Source: Acanthaster planci (Eukaryota). Taken from it: DNA of 64,000 bases. A program made the position numbers and the translations under genes. Shown here piece after piece: positions 52,125 to 64,000 of the stretch; within the stretch, counting starts at the first letter, position 1, and every line of letters starts with the position of its first letter. The DNA lies in assembly GCF_001949145.1 (NCBI RefSeq), contig NW_019091358.1, positions 3,938,238 through 4,002,237 of the forward strand. The letters are read 5' to 3'. A model generated the notes under the pieces. That model did not search any database. It was given only the letters and a program-made list of their open reading frames with translations, and was not told the origin of the DNA.

Positions 52125-54192
52125 AATTTCACAGAAAAGAAGGTACCACAACTAAATACATGAATATCTATAAAACAAAATGTAATTTTGACAAATAGAA
52201 ATTATAAAACAAAACAACGGGAATATACAAAAACAAAGTCCGGGCAACAACGCCAATGCACCACGAAACAAGATGTCACAACAAAAATATTTATAATGGG
52301 AGAACGATGAAAACTGCAATCAAACCATACACCAATAACACGGTTATATTCAATATACAACCAGCCCCGGTAATACACTGAATATATGCCAATATGGAAC
52401 ACTGGTGTTGCATCTCCGAAAAACCAATCTCAAGGGAATTTCATTAACACATTCACTTTATCAAAGTCACGCAAAATGCTGCATGTAGCTGTTTTGACAA
52501 AATGTAACAAGTGCCTGATGCAAAAGAGGAACTGTCACTGGCTATCACTACAGTCTTATTTTTTTGGTAAAGTGTTCTAAACTACGATTTTACGGAAGCA
52601 CTTCGGTTTTGTCATTATATAAACAAAATAATACATGTTCTTACAAACGTGCCTACAAGCTCGCTGATTTAAAGCTTTCTACAAACGACGTCAAAATACT
52701 GTCATCCTTGGATAATTTTTCGTGAAGTCGAAACGACGCTTTCCTGATTACCCTTTTCTCTGAAATGAACTCTCAGACTGTGTAAGGTTTCAACCGCTAG
52801 TTTAACTTTTAAGAAACGAACAAAACTACCTGCTATCATATTTGCATTACAATATCAGTAACTGTTGTAATAACGTTAACTGGTTACTTTTAAGTCAAAC
52901 GAAAATCTGTTTACACATTTCTTAATATTTCAAAAAATATATATATATTATGTGCAGTGCAGTACTAAGAAAGATTTTGCCAAATTGCGTTCACGTTCCA
53001 AAATTTTAGAAATAAAAGTGGCCTTTCAAAGGTATCCCTCCCTCTTTTCTCTTGTTTTTTTAAGAGATACTGCCACACTTTTCCAAAGGTGACACAAAAA
53101 CTTCACACCATTTGTTTGTTTGTTTCCCTCATGGCCTCAGGCATCCCTCATGCACGGCAAAGCCTTACACATGGCAAGACAGAAGCATCGACTGACCTGA
53201 ACAACACTGTCGGCCTGGATTTTGCTGCAAATGCATCAATGACTGTGATATGAACAGCCAAGAGGAAATACCTACTGTGAAAATCCAAACCAATTACATG
53301 TACTTCACAAATTCTTCCAGTAGTCTGGACAGTTGGAGGCACTCAAGTGAAGCTTGCATTCTAAATCAACATCATGGACTTCATTGCAGTTGGCAAAATG
53401 TAATGTATTACCAAAACTGTAATATTCCCCTCTTCAAACGTCGGACCACAACTCATGACAAAGTATTAATAAGGTACACAAACTTACCGACAAATGCATA
53501 GAAAGTTATTGCAGTGGAAGAGTTTCCAACATAATAGAACAGTTTCTCAAGTACAGCAGATACAAACGTCACCAGTGTACAGCAAACAATCATAACCCTG
53601 AAAGGCAGACACTGCAATACTGAATAAATTTTCCACACCCTCACTTCTGTTTTCAATGACAAAAATTTGTCAAAATTAAGCCACTATCTACAGAGTCAAT
53701 TTTCTAAATTTGTTAAAACTGGTGCTCAATGGGAGGAAAAAAGGATATAACCATTAGTACAGGTATCTGCAAAGTGTACTATTTAATTAATCCACACCTT
53801 TTACCTGCTCTTGTCCATTTACAAAATTATATAAAAAACTGTAGCGAAGTCTAATTTTAAACACCAATTAATATGAAAAAGTACTGTCAAGTGTTAGAGT
53901 TATCTATGGTGATACAAAAATTTGTAAAATGTGAGAAAAAGTTCCAGTGAGATATGACAACACTGCACAACAAATAGCATGAAACTACACGTAGCACTTA
54001 AATTCAATGTTTCCTTTATGCATTTCAAACTTGCTGACACAGAAGCATTTTTACTTTTCACACTCTAGGATAAAAATACGTTGACAATAACAATTAATTT
54101 GTTAATTGGATAAAACCACACTCTGGATATTTTGCTTTGTACTTCACAGGCTTCAATGAAACATTGACTGACCCCTAAGAAGGAAACGGAGC

Positions 54193-57100
54193 TTAGAAGT
54201 TCTCAAAGTGGTGGATGAAGGCAGCACCATCATACTTGTTGAGTTCTGAGCAGGCTTTCTCCACATTGTTGGTCATGCCAGGAGGGCCACAACTGAACAC
54301 ACCAATCTTTCCCACCTGAGAATGGAATGGGTGAAAAAAACAGGGAAACGAGATGTTATCGTGACAAGCTTTTAGACCGATATCATAAAAATGTTTTACA
54401 TGCACAGAATACTTGCCCTTTTTGCCTCTACACCTCGTTTTTTTTTCTCACACACTTTCTTTCAGCATCCTGGATGTACCAGGATAAAGCATCCAGGATG
54501 TACCAGAAATGACAGCTTTATATCCTAAAGTGTTTGAAATCTGAAGATTGACTGCACACTTGACAGAAGAACCACTCCTCAATAACCCAGTCTAAATCTC
54601 ATTGACGCCCGAAGTGGACTTTCAGTCAGGGCACAGAAAATGCAGTATGCCTGGTGCGCAGTATACAGATTGAAACTTAATATCATTATGAAATTGCAGC
54701 AGGTTTGCTGGCTAAATGAACTTTAGTCACAAGTCAGTGTCCTTGAATAAGCTAACTGAACAAGTTCATGTTGTGTGCTAAAGACACGCTGCTATTATAC
54801 CACAACTCTCCTGAAGTGATTCATTCCATTGTACATTTTATTTTTCCTCGGTGGAGCCCAAAGAAAATGGAGCACTTAGAGGCCACATTAGCTTTAAGAG
54901 ATATAGCACTCATTTGTAAAAACACAACTTAACTGTGTATTCAGCATGGTTCACGGAAGTCTTATTGACAAAAAGCCAATGAGAGTTTACCTCGTTCAAT
55001 TTGAGAGTGAAAAGTCATTTTTAAATGCCCTTACATCCACTGGTGAATGTTTCCACCGTGTGAAATTGCAGCTGGAAATGATGTTGCACACGGTGCTCAT
55101 CAAGTTGAAGCTGATATGGCATTGCCCTTTTTTTGAGTGCAATGTAAAACGGTATTAACAGTGAATGTCTTACCGAGGGATGCTCTTCTTGTAGAGACTG
55201 CAGGAAGGGCTCAAACTGTGGACGCCCAAAGTGAGTGATGGAGCGTAGGCCGGTGAAGAGGGAGCGGTCCGAGATCTTTTGGAAGTGGCGCTCGCAGATG
55301 TACTGCGGGAAAAGAATTCAGCCAAAAAGGTGCAATTAAATGATCAGAAATTGACCAGCACCTAACTTTAATTCAGAGAACAAAGGTGATAGGAACACAC
55401 AGATTCTGTTGATTTTTAGGTGATATAGATTTGAATGATTCTGATTCCTATCATAGTATAAAATCTGAATGTCCAAGTCTTGTAGAGACTAGAGACTATA
55501 ACCTTATAGAGGTTATTATTGGTGGTGCTGTTTACGGACTTGGAGACTGGGATCAGTGCGAAAATAGGACATGCGCGCATGCGATTAGAAGGCAGATATT
55601 GAGGAAGGATCATTGGGCTGGCTTGATGGAAACCCTGGCCTCCTCATAATACAAGCCATATTTGGGGTAAGCATTTGTTACTTTCATCGCTAATTGCGCA
55701 TTAACTACTTAAAAGAAAAGAATACAGGCCTAATTTAAGAAGCTGGAATTTTGGTGTCACTGTCTGTTGTGAGTTCTCTGTTCTTTTAATAAACTGAAGC
55801 CCCCCAAAATGCTACATCATCAATGTTTTGACATTTGTTTTTAAACATTTTGTGGACATTACAATTTCATTCACATTATGCCCATTACAGCTAATGGAAC
55901 ATTAACAGTTTGGTTTTGCACAGAATAAGTGGGCACCAAAAGGAGGGCTTAGGAGTGGGGCTCTGGGCGTGACGACTTACCAGCATGGTGGTGCGGAGGT
56001 CAAACTTCTGGAAGAACTGGGTGATGAAAATGTGGACACTGACAAGGTCGTTGACATCCTTGTCCTCAACCTCACGGATGATGTCAGTCAACCACTCAAA
56101 CTGCTTCTGGGTACGAGTCACCCAGATGAAGTACACCTGGGCAAAACAAACATCGTGAAGGCATTTGTGATTCATGTATTCTGTATTTAAAAACCATCCA
56201 CCTGCCAATCAGATGCGGTTTATTGCTGGGAGACATCACACACAACCTGCCCAAATTGCCCTGTGAGTTTTCTTGCAATGAGTAAGGTTAGGGTTCATTT
56301 ATTACACACAGGCCTGTTTGTCTGCGTGCTTTACAGAACTTTATCCAAACTTTACATAAAGGGTGTAACGGTTTAATATATAACAGGTCTACATGAACCT
56401 TATCTTTCAAACAAATATATACTACATACAAACTGTACACTGCTATTAGAATTAAGATGCACTCCTTGCCTTCTTGCAGGTGAATTTCTGTCCCTGGGAC
56501 GAGCGGTACACCAGATCCTTCAGGATGGAGGCGAAGGGAGTCACACCGATACCACCACCCACCAGAACAGACACTTCAAACTGGTACCAATCCTGGTGCC
56601 CTTCACCGTAGGGACCATCCAAGAACAGCTGAGAAAATAAGTGACACGTTTGACATATTGTTCATGCAGTGCGTGTTCAGAGCTGTTCAAGGGGCGCTGT
56701 CTAGAAGGGTGAGGGAGGGGCTGTTAGAAACAGCCTCAATGCAGTTCAGGTAAATTTTCAATTTGAATGAATGAATAATTTTTGTCGTGCTAATTTGAAT
56801 TTGATGCCTCAGTGAGCTGGGCTGGTCCACTGCGTGGGAAGAAGGGAGTTACCAGCTGGATTTTTCTGGTACTGTGGGCAGCTGTAAAGGGATAGATTAG
56901 TCTGTAGTAGGAACAATGCAGCTGTTTTCATATCCTTTTTTCCAAATCACCTATCCTCACAAAAACATCTTTAGATCAATTTTCAAAACATTAAAGTGAA
57001 AGGACAAAAAAAAAAGAAAATTTAGAAAAACCTTGTTTAAATCGTGTTCTCAGTTCCAAAAGTTGACCTCCTGCAGTTAAAAATTGTTTAATCCTTACAA

Positions 57101-60100
57101 TAATTTCTTTGTTTGCATATGTTTGCAAGGGGAGAGATGGAAGATGTGTTTTCTTTGCCAATCGTTTTTCTAAGCAAGGCTCTGGAAACTTACCTTAGGG
57201 TAGGGTTGCTCCCGGACCACATTGGGGTCAAAGGTGTGCCGCAGGTTAATGGTCCAGGGTCCCACAGCACGAATGTGGAGTGACAGGTTCTCCTCGTGGG
57301 GAGCCGAGGACAGGGTGAAGGGATGGTATTCACTGCTGTTCAAGGTCTTGCAGGCGATGCGCACCCACTGGCCAGACTTGTACTCAAAGGTGGTAGGGCG
57401 CTTAAACTCCAGCATGGTCACGTCTGCCAATCGTAAAGTGTTTGGTGGAAGGAATGTCAAAGTTTATGCCAAAATGCACTGGAGCAGAGGTGGATGCCTA
57501 AGATTTGCACTTTATTGGCAAAGTGACAATGGCGTACTGCTCCAAGAAGCAGCACTCTGAATGAATGAGAGATATTGTGGATGGCTTAAAAATAACTTAT
57601 TGAGTTCATCCACACTACAACATTATGTAAACGATAATTTAAGAGGGATTTTAAAAGAAAGCACATTTAAAATCAATTAATGATGATTTGGGCAAAATCG
57701 TGAAAAGTGTAATTTTAGCTCATTATTTTTGCTGCTAAAAGTAAAACCAATAATTTTTTTTATCATTTTTCATCACTATAAAAATGCTCCCTGTCCCCAA
57801 TTCCCCAAGACTTTGACTTACTGGAAGGCAGTAGCTCAGCCTTGACTACGGTGATCTCGGCCTTCTTGCGGCTGACGCTGACCAACTTGTCCAGGGTGAA
57901 GACAATGACAGGGGGCAGGAAGAAGTAGTAGAAGAAAGGAGGTTGGACCAGGTTGCCGCTGCCGTGCATAACCATCAGGAAGAAATAGAAAGCGTACAGG
58001 TTGTGGGTCAGCCAGAACAGGTTGAAGACCTTACGGCGGGCATAGCTGAAGGCGAAGGTGTACATGATGGCACACACCATGACAAGGAGGATTCCAGTGA
58101 AACCTGGGATGACGAGGAGAGATAAAATGGTGGTAAGTTGAAAGGTAAAGGTTTAACCCTCAATCCTCCAATGCTTTGACAATCCCCTCCTTGGCTTATC
58201 TAGAATATAACTGTACCCAGACTGGCCAATTGGAATGAGACTTCAACCTGGATCAGAATCCCACCCCTGATCCTCCTGTATCCCACAAAATCTGTCAGGA
58301 TATAGATTTTGAAGGAGTGAGGATGTTGTTTGCGTGTTGAAAAGTTTAGTTGCTAAGACCATAACATGACTTTAACTTGACAAAGGTTCCTAGTAAGACG
58401 GTTGGAGAGTTAGGGTTAAGGCTGACCAAAACTGGACAAAAAGTCCCCAAATAGAGAAGTTCAAGAAGAACGTTTACTCTCTGATAGCTAACAACAAGTT
58501 TGAGGTAGTTCGGGATTTTGGAAGACCTGTTCTACATTATTTACAATGTCAACTCACCAGTGATGGTGCGATAGGCCCAGAAGTGGAACTTTGGAAGCTC
58601 ATGAGACCTGGCAAAACAAATTAATTTATCCATTACCTGCCTTTTAAACTAACATTCCAGAGCAGAAATAGTGCATGAAAATCACAATATTAATACTACT
58701 ACTTTGAGTTAGGCTCCCATTCTGAGGACTTATTATAGTCTTCTGGTTTTCAATTCTGTTTTCTTTCAATCTGAGAACCTGCCAAATATTTTATCTCAAA
58801 AAATTAGCACATCTTCAGTGTAAAGGTTTTTGAAATGGTAAAGAGAGGGGAAAACATCATTGATTTTATCAGAGGAGTTCAATGCTGTATTTACCCATTG
58901 AAGAAGTCACGGAACAGGCAGGAGAGATCACTGGCAGTCTGGGTCGCGATGTGGTAGAAGTTGAGGGAATGGCCAATGGTGTGCACAACTTTTGAAGAAA
59001 AGATGGAAAGAGAGGAGTTTGTATGTTATTTCTGCCAGGGCCAAATCTGATATTAATGGAGTTGGTTATTCAATTGTTTAATTTGGGCTGCAGACCAAAA
59101 TTTGGGTTCAAACTCACCAGACCAGAACAAGGCCAGCATGGCGACAAACTTGTGGAAGAACAGAGCCGAGTCGAAGGGCACATAGCGATGGAGGAACGTC
59201 CCGCGCAGGAACGTGATGGTGTTCCGACACATGGTCGCCAGCAGGGTCGAGTAGGTGAACATCATGGCACTCGCGGCTCCACGAGTTACAGTCACACCGT
59301 AGCCAGCAATGCGACGGAGGCCCCCATGCTCACGCTCAACAGAGTAGTCTGTGTGTGGTGACACAAAATATTTTCAGGTAAACGATTCACGCTTGTACAA
59401 ACTTGCTACCTGTGCCTGACTAAGACTGGAAGCGAAGTGACCAGGATTTATTTTCATTGATAGGTTAATTTTGACGAGTTTCTAAAGATTGAGCAGATAT
59501 TTAAGACAAATCCATACATACTGAGAACCAGGACATTAAAAACGAAGAAACTGCTCATGGCCTCTTTTAACTCATCGGAGACTTACAGTAGGCACGCTCA
59601 ATGAAGATGCCAGCCAAGACCAGGTTGTACAGTACCAGGTAGAAAAGCTGCAGCCGGTTGTTCTCAATGTAGCGCAGGAACCTGTTCAGTTTTTGCTGGG
59701 TCCTGTTCTCGGTGTAGGTTGCTTTCTTGGTTTCAACACGGATCACCCGGGACTGGTAGCGGTTCTTGGCTGTTCTTGGTCTGTCACTGTCCTTTTCACT
59801 GAGTGGGAGAAAGGTATTGATGGTCTGATGAAATGCTTTGAGCACATGACTGGAACTGTTTTCAAAAGGTTAACTAACGTGTTTGGTGTGTGATTTGTGA
59901 TTCCTGTGCAATATACAACAAGAGTATGTACTTGACAGCATGAAAATAACTATTCTTTTAGCAGGGAGCTTAATCTCTGATCCAAAAAACCAGCACAATT
60001 GAAAATTTTTCATTTTTTTAAGTAGTTGGATTTTACTTTTCCAATAAATGCTGTCCACCTCCCACCCACAACTGCATATTAATATATCTTTTTTATTTTT

Positions 60101-62831
60101 GAGTCTTCACAAAGGTACACATGCCAATTATGCATCCAATCCTGCCAAACGTTGCAAACAGGCTTGGAACACCCATCATTCAACATCAACATTGTAGAAC
60201 AGTTATCTTACGCATAGGCCCGGACGATGGTTTTGCGAGCACGGGAAGGTGCATTCTCTCTCCTTATGACGGTGGCACCGCGGTCGGGAGTAGGCTGTGC
60301 AGCCTCAGGTACATCAGCTCCTGTAACAGAAAAAAAAAAGAAAAAAATGGACTTACTGGTGATGGGAAATCGCCCACAAATTCAAGAGTCAGTTCCTTGT
60401 GCTTCCTCTTTCTGGGAGCATCAACTCCCTCGTAAAGGCATGCGCATGTGATGCAAAATTTGACATCTAAAGATGTTTGTGGTCAACCCTGAAAAGCGAT
60501 CAACTCTTACTAAGTCACAGACAAAGAAGTTGCTTTCATGCCACCAAACTCTGCAAACACCACTGGTGTGAGATGTGAGCAGTTTTCAAAGGAATGGCTT
60601 TTACTTTCGTAGGTTCTGCAAAAATCCTCCAAAACATTGCAGAATCTTTGAAGAGGCTAATATTCATTAATGAGGCCTATTTATTACTAAGAACAAGAGC
60701 TTTACTCTCTAACAACCTTAGAAATTCCATGAAATTCACTTAGATAGCATGCTTTTACACAGTTAAGGCCCAGTGTTTCCAAAGTGTGAAATGCATTCAT
60801 GTTTGTCCTCAATCTTAACCTATCAATACCGTTTTGTGACAAAATTAATGATTGATGCCAAGGCACTAACTTACGACAGCCATAAGATACAAATGTCAGC
60901 AACTGAATTTTTGTGGAGCAGCCATAACAGTTATATCTTGAAGCGCCAACTGAAAGCACTATGCATGCACTAGTCAACAATGCTCACTGATGCATAAATG
61001 TAGAACTCACCAATCTATTCCATACTCTCATTCACTGTTTTGGCTGCCCACTTTAAAATTTTAGTGGCAGCGGTGGGATTTTAACCACATTCTAAAAACA
61101 ACCTGTGCTCACCTTGCAGCTGAAGGGCAGCCTGGCTCAGTTCCTCCTTGTGGTCTCCCATGAGAGTGATGAAATCCTCCAGTGACAGCTCCTCCTTGTT
61201 CTCAAAGCCAGCCGCCTTGAACATGGATGAAATGACGTCCTCCAGCTGCTTCTGCTCCAAGGAGGCACTCACCGTCTCCATCATGGATCTGGAGGAAATT
61301 TTCAGGTCAAACCTCATAAACTGATGGATGATCAGATAATAACTTTAATACAGCCACATTTGAATCACCAGTGATTGTATTTGACAGAACTCTGTAACAG
61401 TACATTCTTTTCTATCGCAAATCAGTGCAGTTTAAAAGAAAAAATGGTAAAATGCTAGGTGTCAGTGTAAATATGACTAATATACAAGTTTTGGCTGAAA
61501 AGTAAATAACAAACCTTTGCAATTTCATGTTATACTAAAAACGACTTGAAAAATTCAGCCCTATTTGCACTGGCAAAAAATTTCATCCTTTTCAGCCCCA
61601 GAAGCAGGGCAAAAATCCTCAGCGATAAAAAACTACTAAAATAAATGATTTTATAACTGCATTCTCCTGAAGACGAACAGAGCAAGCTGTTCAAAACGTC
61701 GAGGCCCCCTTATCAGAACCACCACCTGCTCACAAAGAATTACCACATGGTGTCACCGCAAACAACGTTCCTCTAACTGCATGCTGTTGTTACATGCAAT
61801 CTTGAAACTTGCACACATTTAATGTACTCTCACCTGAGTTGATTTGCCTTTGAATAAAATCCATTCAGAGTGTAATCAACTTGGGAGGTAGTCCAATAAA
61901 TTTGTGCAAAAGACAAGACCGCACGTTTGAATTAGTTATCACTCTTACTTTCAATTACCATACAACACTGGTCTGTGAGTAGTATGATTATCTTGGGGAC
62001 AAAAGAAAACAGAAATAGTCAGTACAACTGACACAAAGATATTATTTCACTGAACTGGTAGCTCCTAATCACAAAACATGATTGATGGAACACTGATTTA
62101 TTCATGCTGCATATTTGGTCAATGTGTTGAAAACCTATGAAATATGGCACAATTGACCAACGTTTCAATATAGAACTTCTGACCAATTTCAATGCTTACT
62201 TCAGCATGGTCATGAACTCATCACGGGAAAGATGGCCAGAGCGATCAACGTCGTACATGTTGAACATCAGTTTCAGCTTCTCTTCAGGCTTTCCTGTAAT
62301 TGAAACCCAAGAAATAATTAGTGCACACTTGAAAATCCTTAATTTATCATAAATCTGTTCTAACTAAAAGAGACAGATCAGAAGAAACTTTGGTTTCATT
62401 CATGGTTTTCACAAAATTCTTTCACAATAATACATATGTGTTCACATTTATTGTTCAAGTTCACATGTTCACAATGATTACCATACTAAAACCAGGATTT
62501 TCATCCCCTGCCACAAAATCTTTGCTGATACCATTAGTTAACAGTGTATTTGGGACACTATCATAGAAACCCCTTCTGCACAAAAAACTACCTAGTGTTT
62601 GGGTCTACCTTTAGCAAAGATGACAATGACGTCCAGAAACTCGCGGAAGGACAAGGCACCACTCTGGTCTTTGTCCACCAAATCGAACATCTGCTCCACG
62701 AAGATCGAGTCCGGAGGCATGGACAGCATCTCAGCAAACTCTGTCTTGGTCAGCTCATTGTTCAAGACGTCTTTGGCATCAGTCCTCTCCAGCTCAGACA
62801 AATCCGTGGAGTCCACCGACTCATTGAAGGC
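54193..62831 (-). CDS. DUOX: Dual oxidase, C-terminal half (EF-hands, ferric-reductase TM domain, FAD- and NADPH-binding domains); peroxidase-domain exons lie beyond the window
   Basis: Exons 62831-62609, 62293-62200, 61288-61113, 60320-60212, 59798-59587, 59348-59118, 58988-58895, 58607-58558, 58103-57822, 57423-57194, 56628-56470, 56136-55981, 55302-55174, 54315-54193 (TAA). Motifs: EF-hand loops [12 protein letters not shown] and [94 protein letters not shown]; terminal HHFENF. Confidence 0.97.
58157..58415. mobile_element. piggyBac-like MITE in a DUOX intron
   Basis: TTAA|CCCTcaatcctcca ... tggagagttAGGG|TTAA. Confidence 0.55.
61663..61773 (+). mobile_element. 111-bp insertion with 9-bp flanking direct repeat, carrying a degenerate minimal type I hammerhead ribozyme (Penelope-like/retrozyme-like fragment)
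   Basis: TAACTGCAT occurs at 61654-61662 and 61774-61782. Inside: ctc-CTGAAGA-c-GAACAG-agcaag-CTGTTC-AAAAC-GTC-gag. Confidence 0.6.
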
Positions 62832-62956
62832 CTTTGGGTAAATGGTTTGGGAACTTTAAACACCAAACTGCAAAACAACTGGATTGACTAGTTGTTTTCA
62901 TCCCAAAAGGATGCAATGAGATATTAGATGAATGAATGTAAATTTACATACGGATA

Positions 62957-63383
62957 CAGTGGAACACCACTATACCGAACATTTGGCTGTACTGAACATT
63001 GTCCTTGGCTCCAATATTTTGTGCATAAAACCTATCGAACATTATGTAATTGCAAATCAACCTAGATTCACCACAGTATGCATCAGAGATCGATCCTGAA
63101 CGATAGCTTTACGACTTTTTAGAATAAACTAAACTTCGATTTCGTGACTCAAGATTTAATAAAAAAAACAAAAATAATTAACAGATACATTTCTAGAAAC
63201 CTCACATGAATGCAACCGCAAAACATCACGAAAACAGCGAATCACAGTATCACGAGAGGGTACACTTCATTAAACAAGAGAGGGCGCTATTCAACATGGC
63301 AATGAAAAGTTCGGCAGTTAATTTCCCTTTACCGAACGACCACTGTACCGAACATGTAGTGTGGTAATAGTGGCATTCCACTG
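62957..63383. mobile_element. Tc1/mariner (pogo/Tigger-like) MITE with TA target duplication
   Basis: TA|CAGTGGAACACCACTA ... TAGTGGCATTCCACTG|TA, with subterminal accgaac repeats at both ends. Confidence 0.7.
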
Positions 63384-64000
63384 TACACACGTGCCACACT
63401 GTGACCATTTCGTGATCAAACAAACCTGTTGAACATATGGAAACTATTGGGAAAGCTGTTCATAGTTTCATAAAAACACTCTTATATTATCAGTTTATGT
63501 AAGAAATTTTACACAAACTAGCAACATGTTCAATGAAAAATTCTGCAAGTTAATTAAAAAAGCCGATCCTTTTGCCACAGTCTTTTAATGTTTATTTTGA
63601 AGTCAAAATATTAGGGGGGCAGGATTTCAGCACAGCAAAATTGTTGGCACAACCACTGCCACGGCAAATTCACGGCCCTGACCAGTCTGCACAAACAAAC
63701 ATGTACCTGCACCTTCCGTACTGCATAGTTTGCCAAAAGATATGGCATATGGCTGAGATTGTAACAGAGATAACCATCCCTTTGTTAAAGCGTAAATCTA
63801 AATTTTCCTCCTTCTTTGCCTTTCTGTGTAATGGCCCAGGGATGTGATGTTTGCATCGTTTCATAACGATACCAAGTGAGATGTCTGTCCCTTACATCGT
63901 TAATGTAATTGAGACATTAATAAAGTTTGCCCTTGAAAGCAAGCCAGAGTGATTTAGAACAATTTTTCACAGCAAAATAATAACACACTCAAAAATAAAA

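Noticed and set aside
22961..54506. Short local duplications (22961-23024, ~31183-31221, ~54465-54506)
   Set aside because: Ordinary 20-25 bp slippage duplications in introns.

Overview
Intron-rich, AT-rich animal genomic DNA. The style is consistent with an invertebrate deuterostome such as amphioxus; this is an inference from gene content, intron sizes and frequent TACATGTA motifs. Manual splicing gives five protein-coding genes. (1) DNAI1, the outer-arm dynein WD40 intermediate chain (+, 17 coding exons, 4324-19783, first exon not found). (2) An mTERF-family gene with an uninterrupted CDS (-, 21491-22801). (3) GKAP1 (-, 9 exons, 30707-40628). (4) DUOXA, the dual oxidase maturation factor (-, about 43645-50236). 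(5) The 3' half of DUOX (-, 54193-62831, continuing beyond the window). DUOX and DUOXA are adjacent on the same strand rather than head-to-head. Introns and intergenic DNA contain several small transposon families (piggyBac-like TTAA, Tc1/mariner TA, CAGTGGCG-ended), a decayed RTE-like LINE, and a 111-bp insertion flanked by a 9-bp direct repeat that carries a degenerate minimal hammerhead ribozyme. The 24.5-29.1 kb interval has promoter and splice signals not explained by the five genes. All coordinates were derived by hand; no database search was run.
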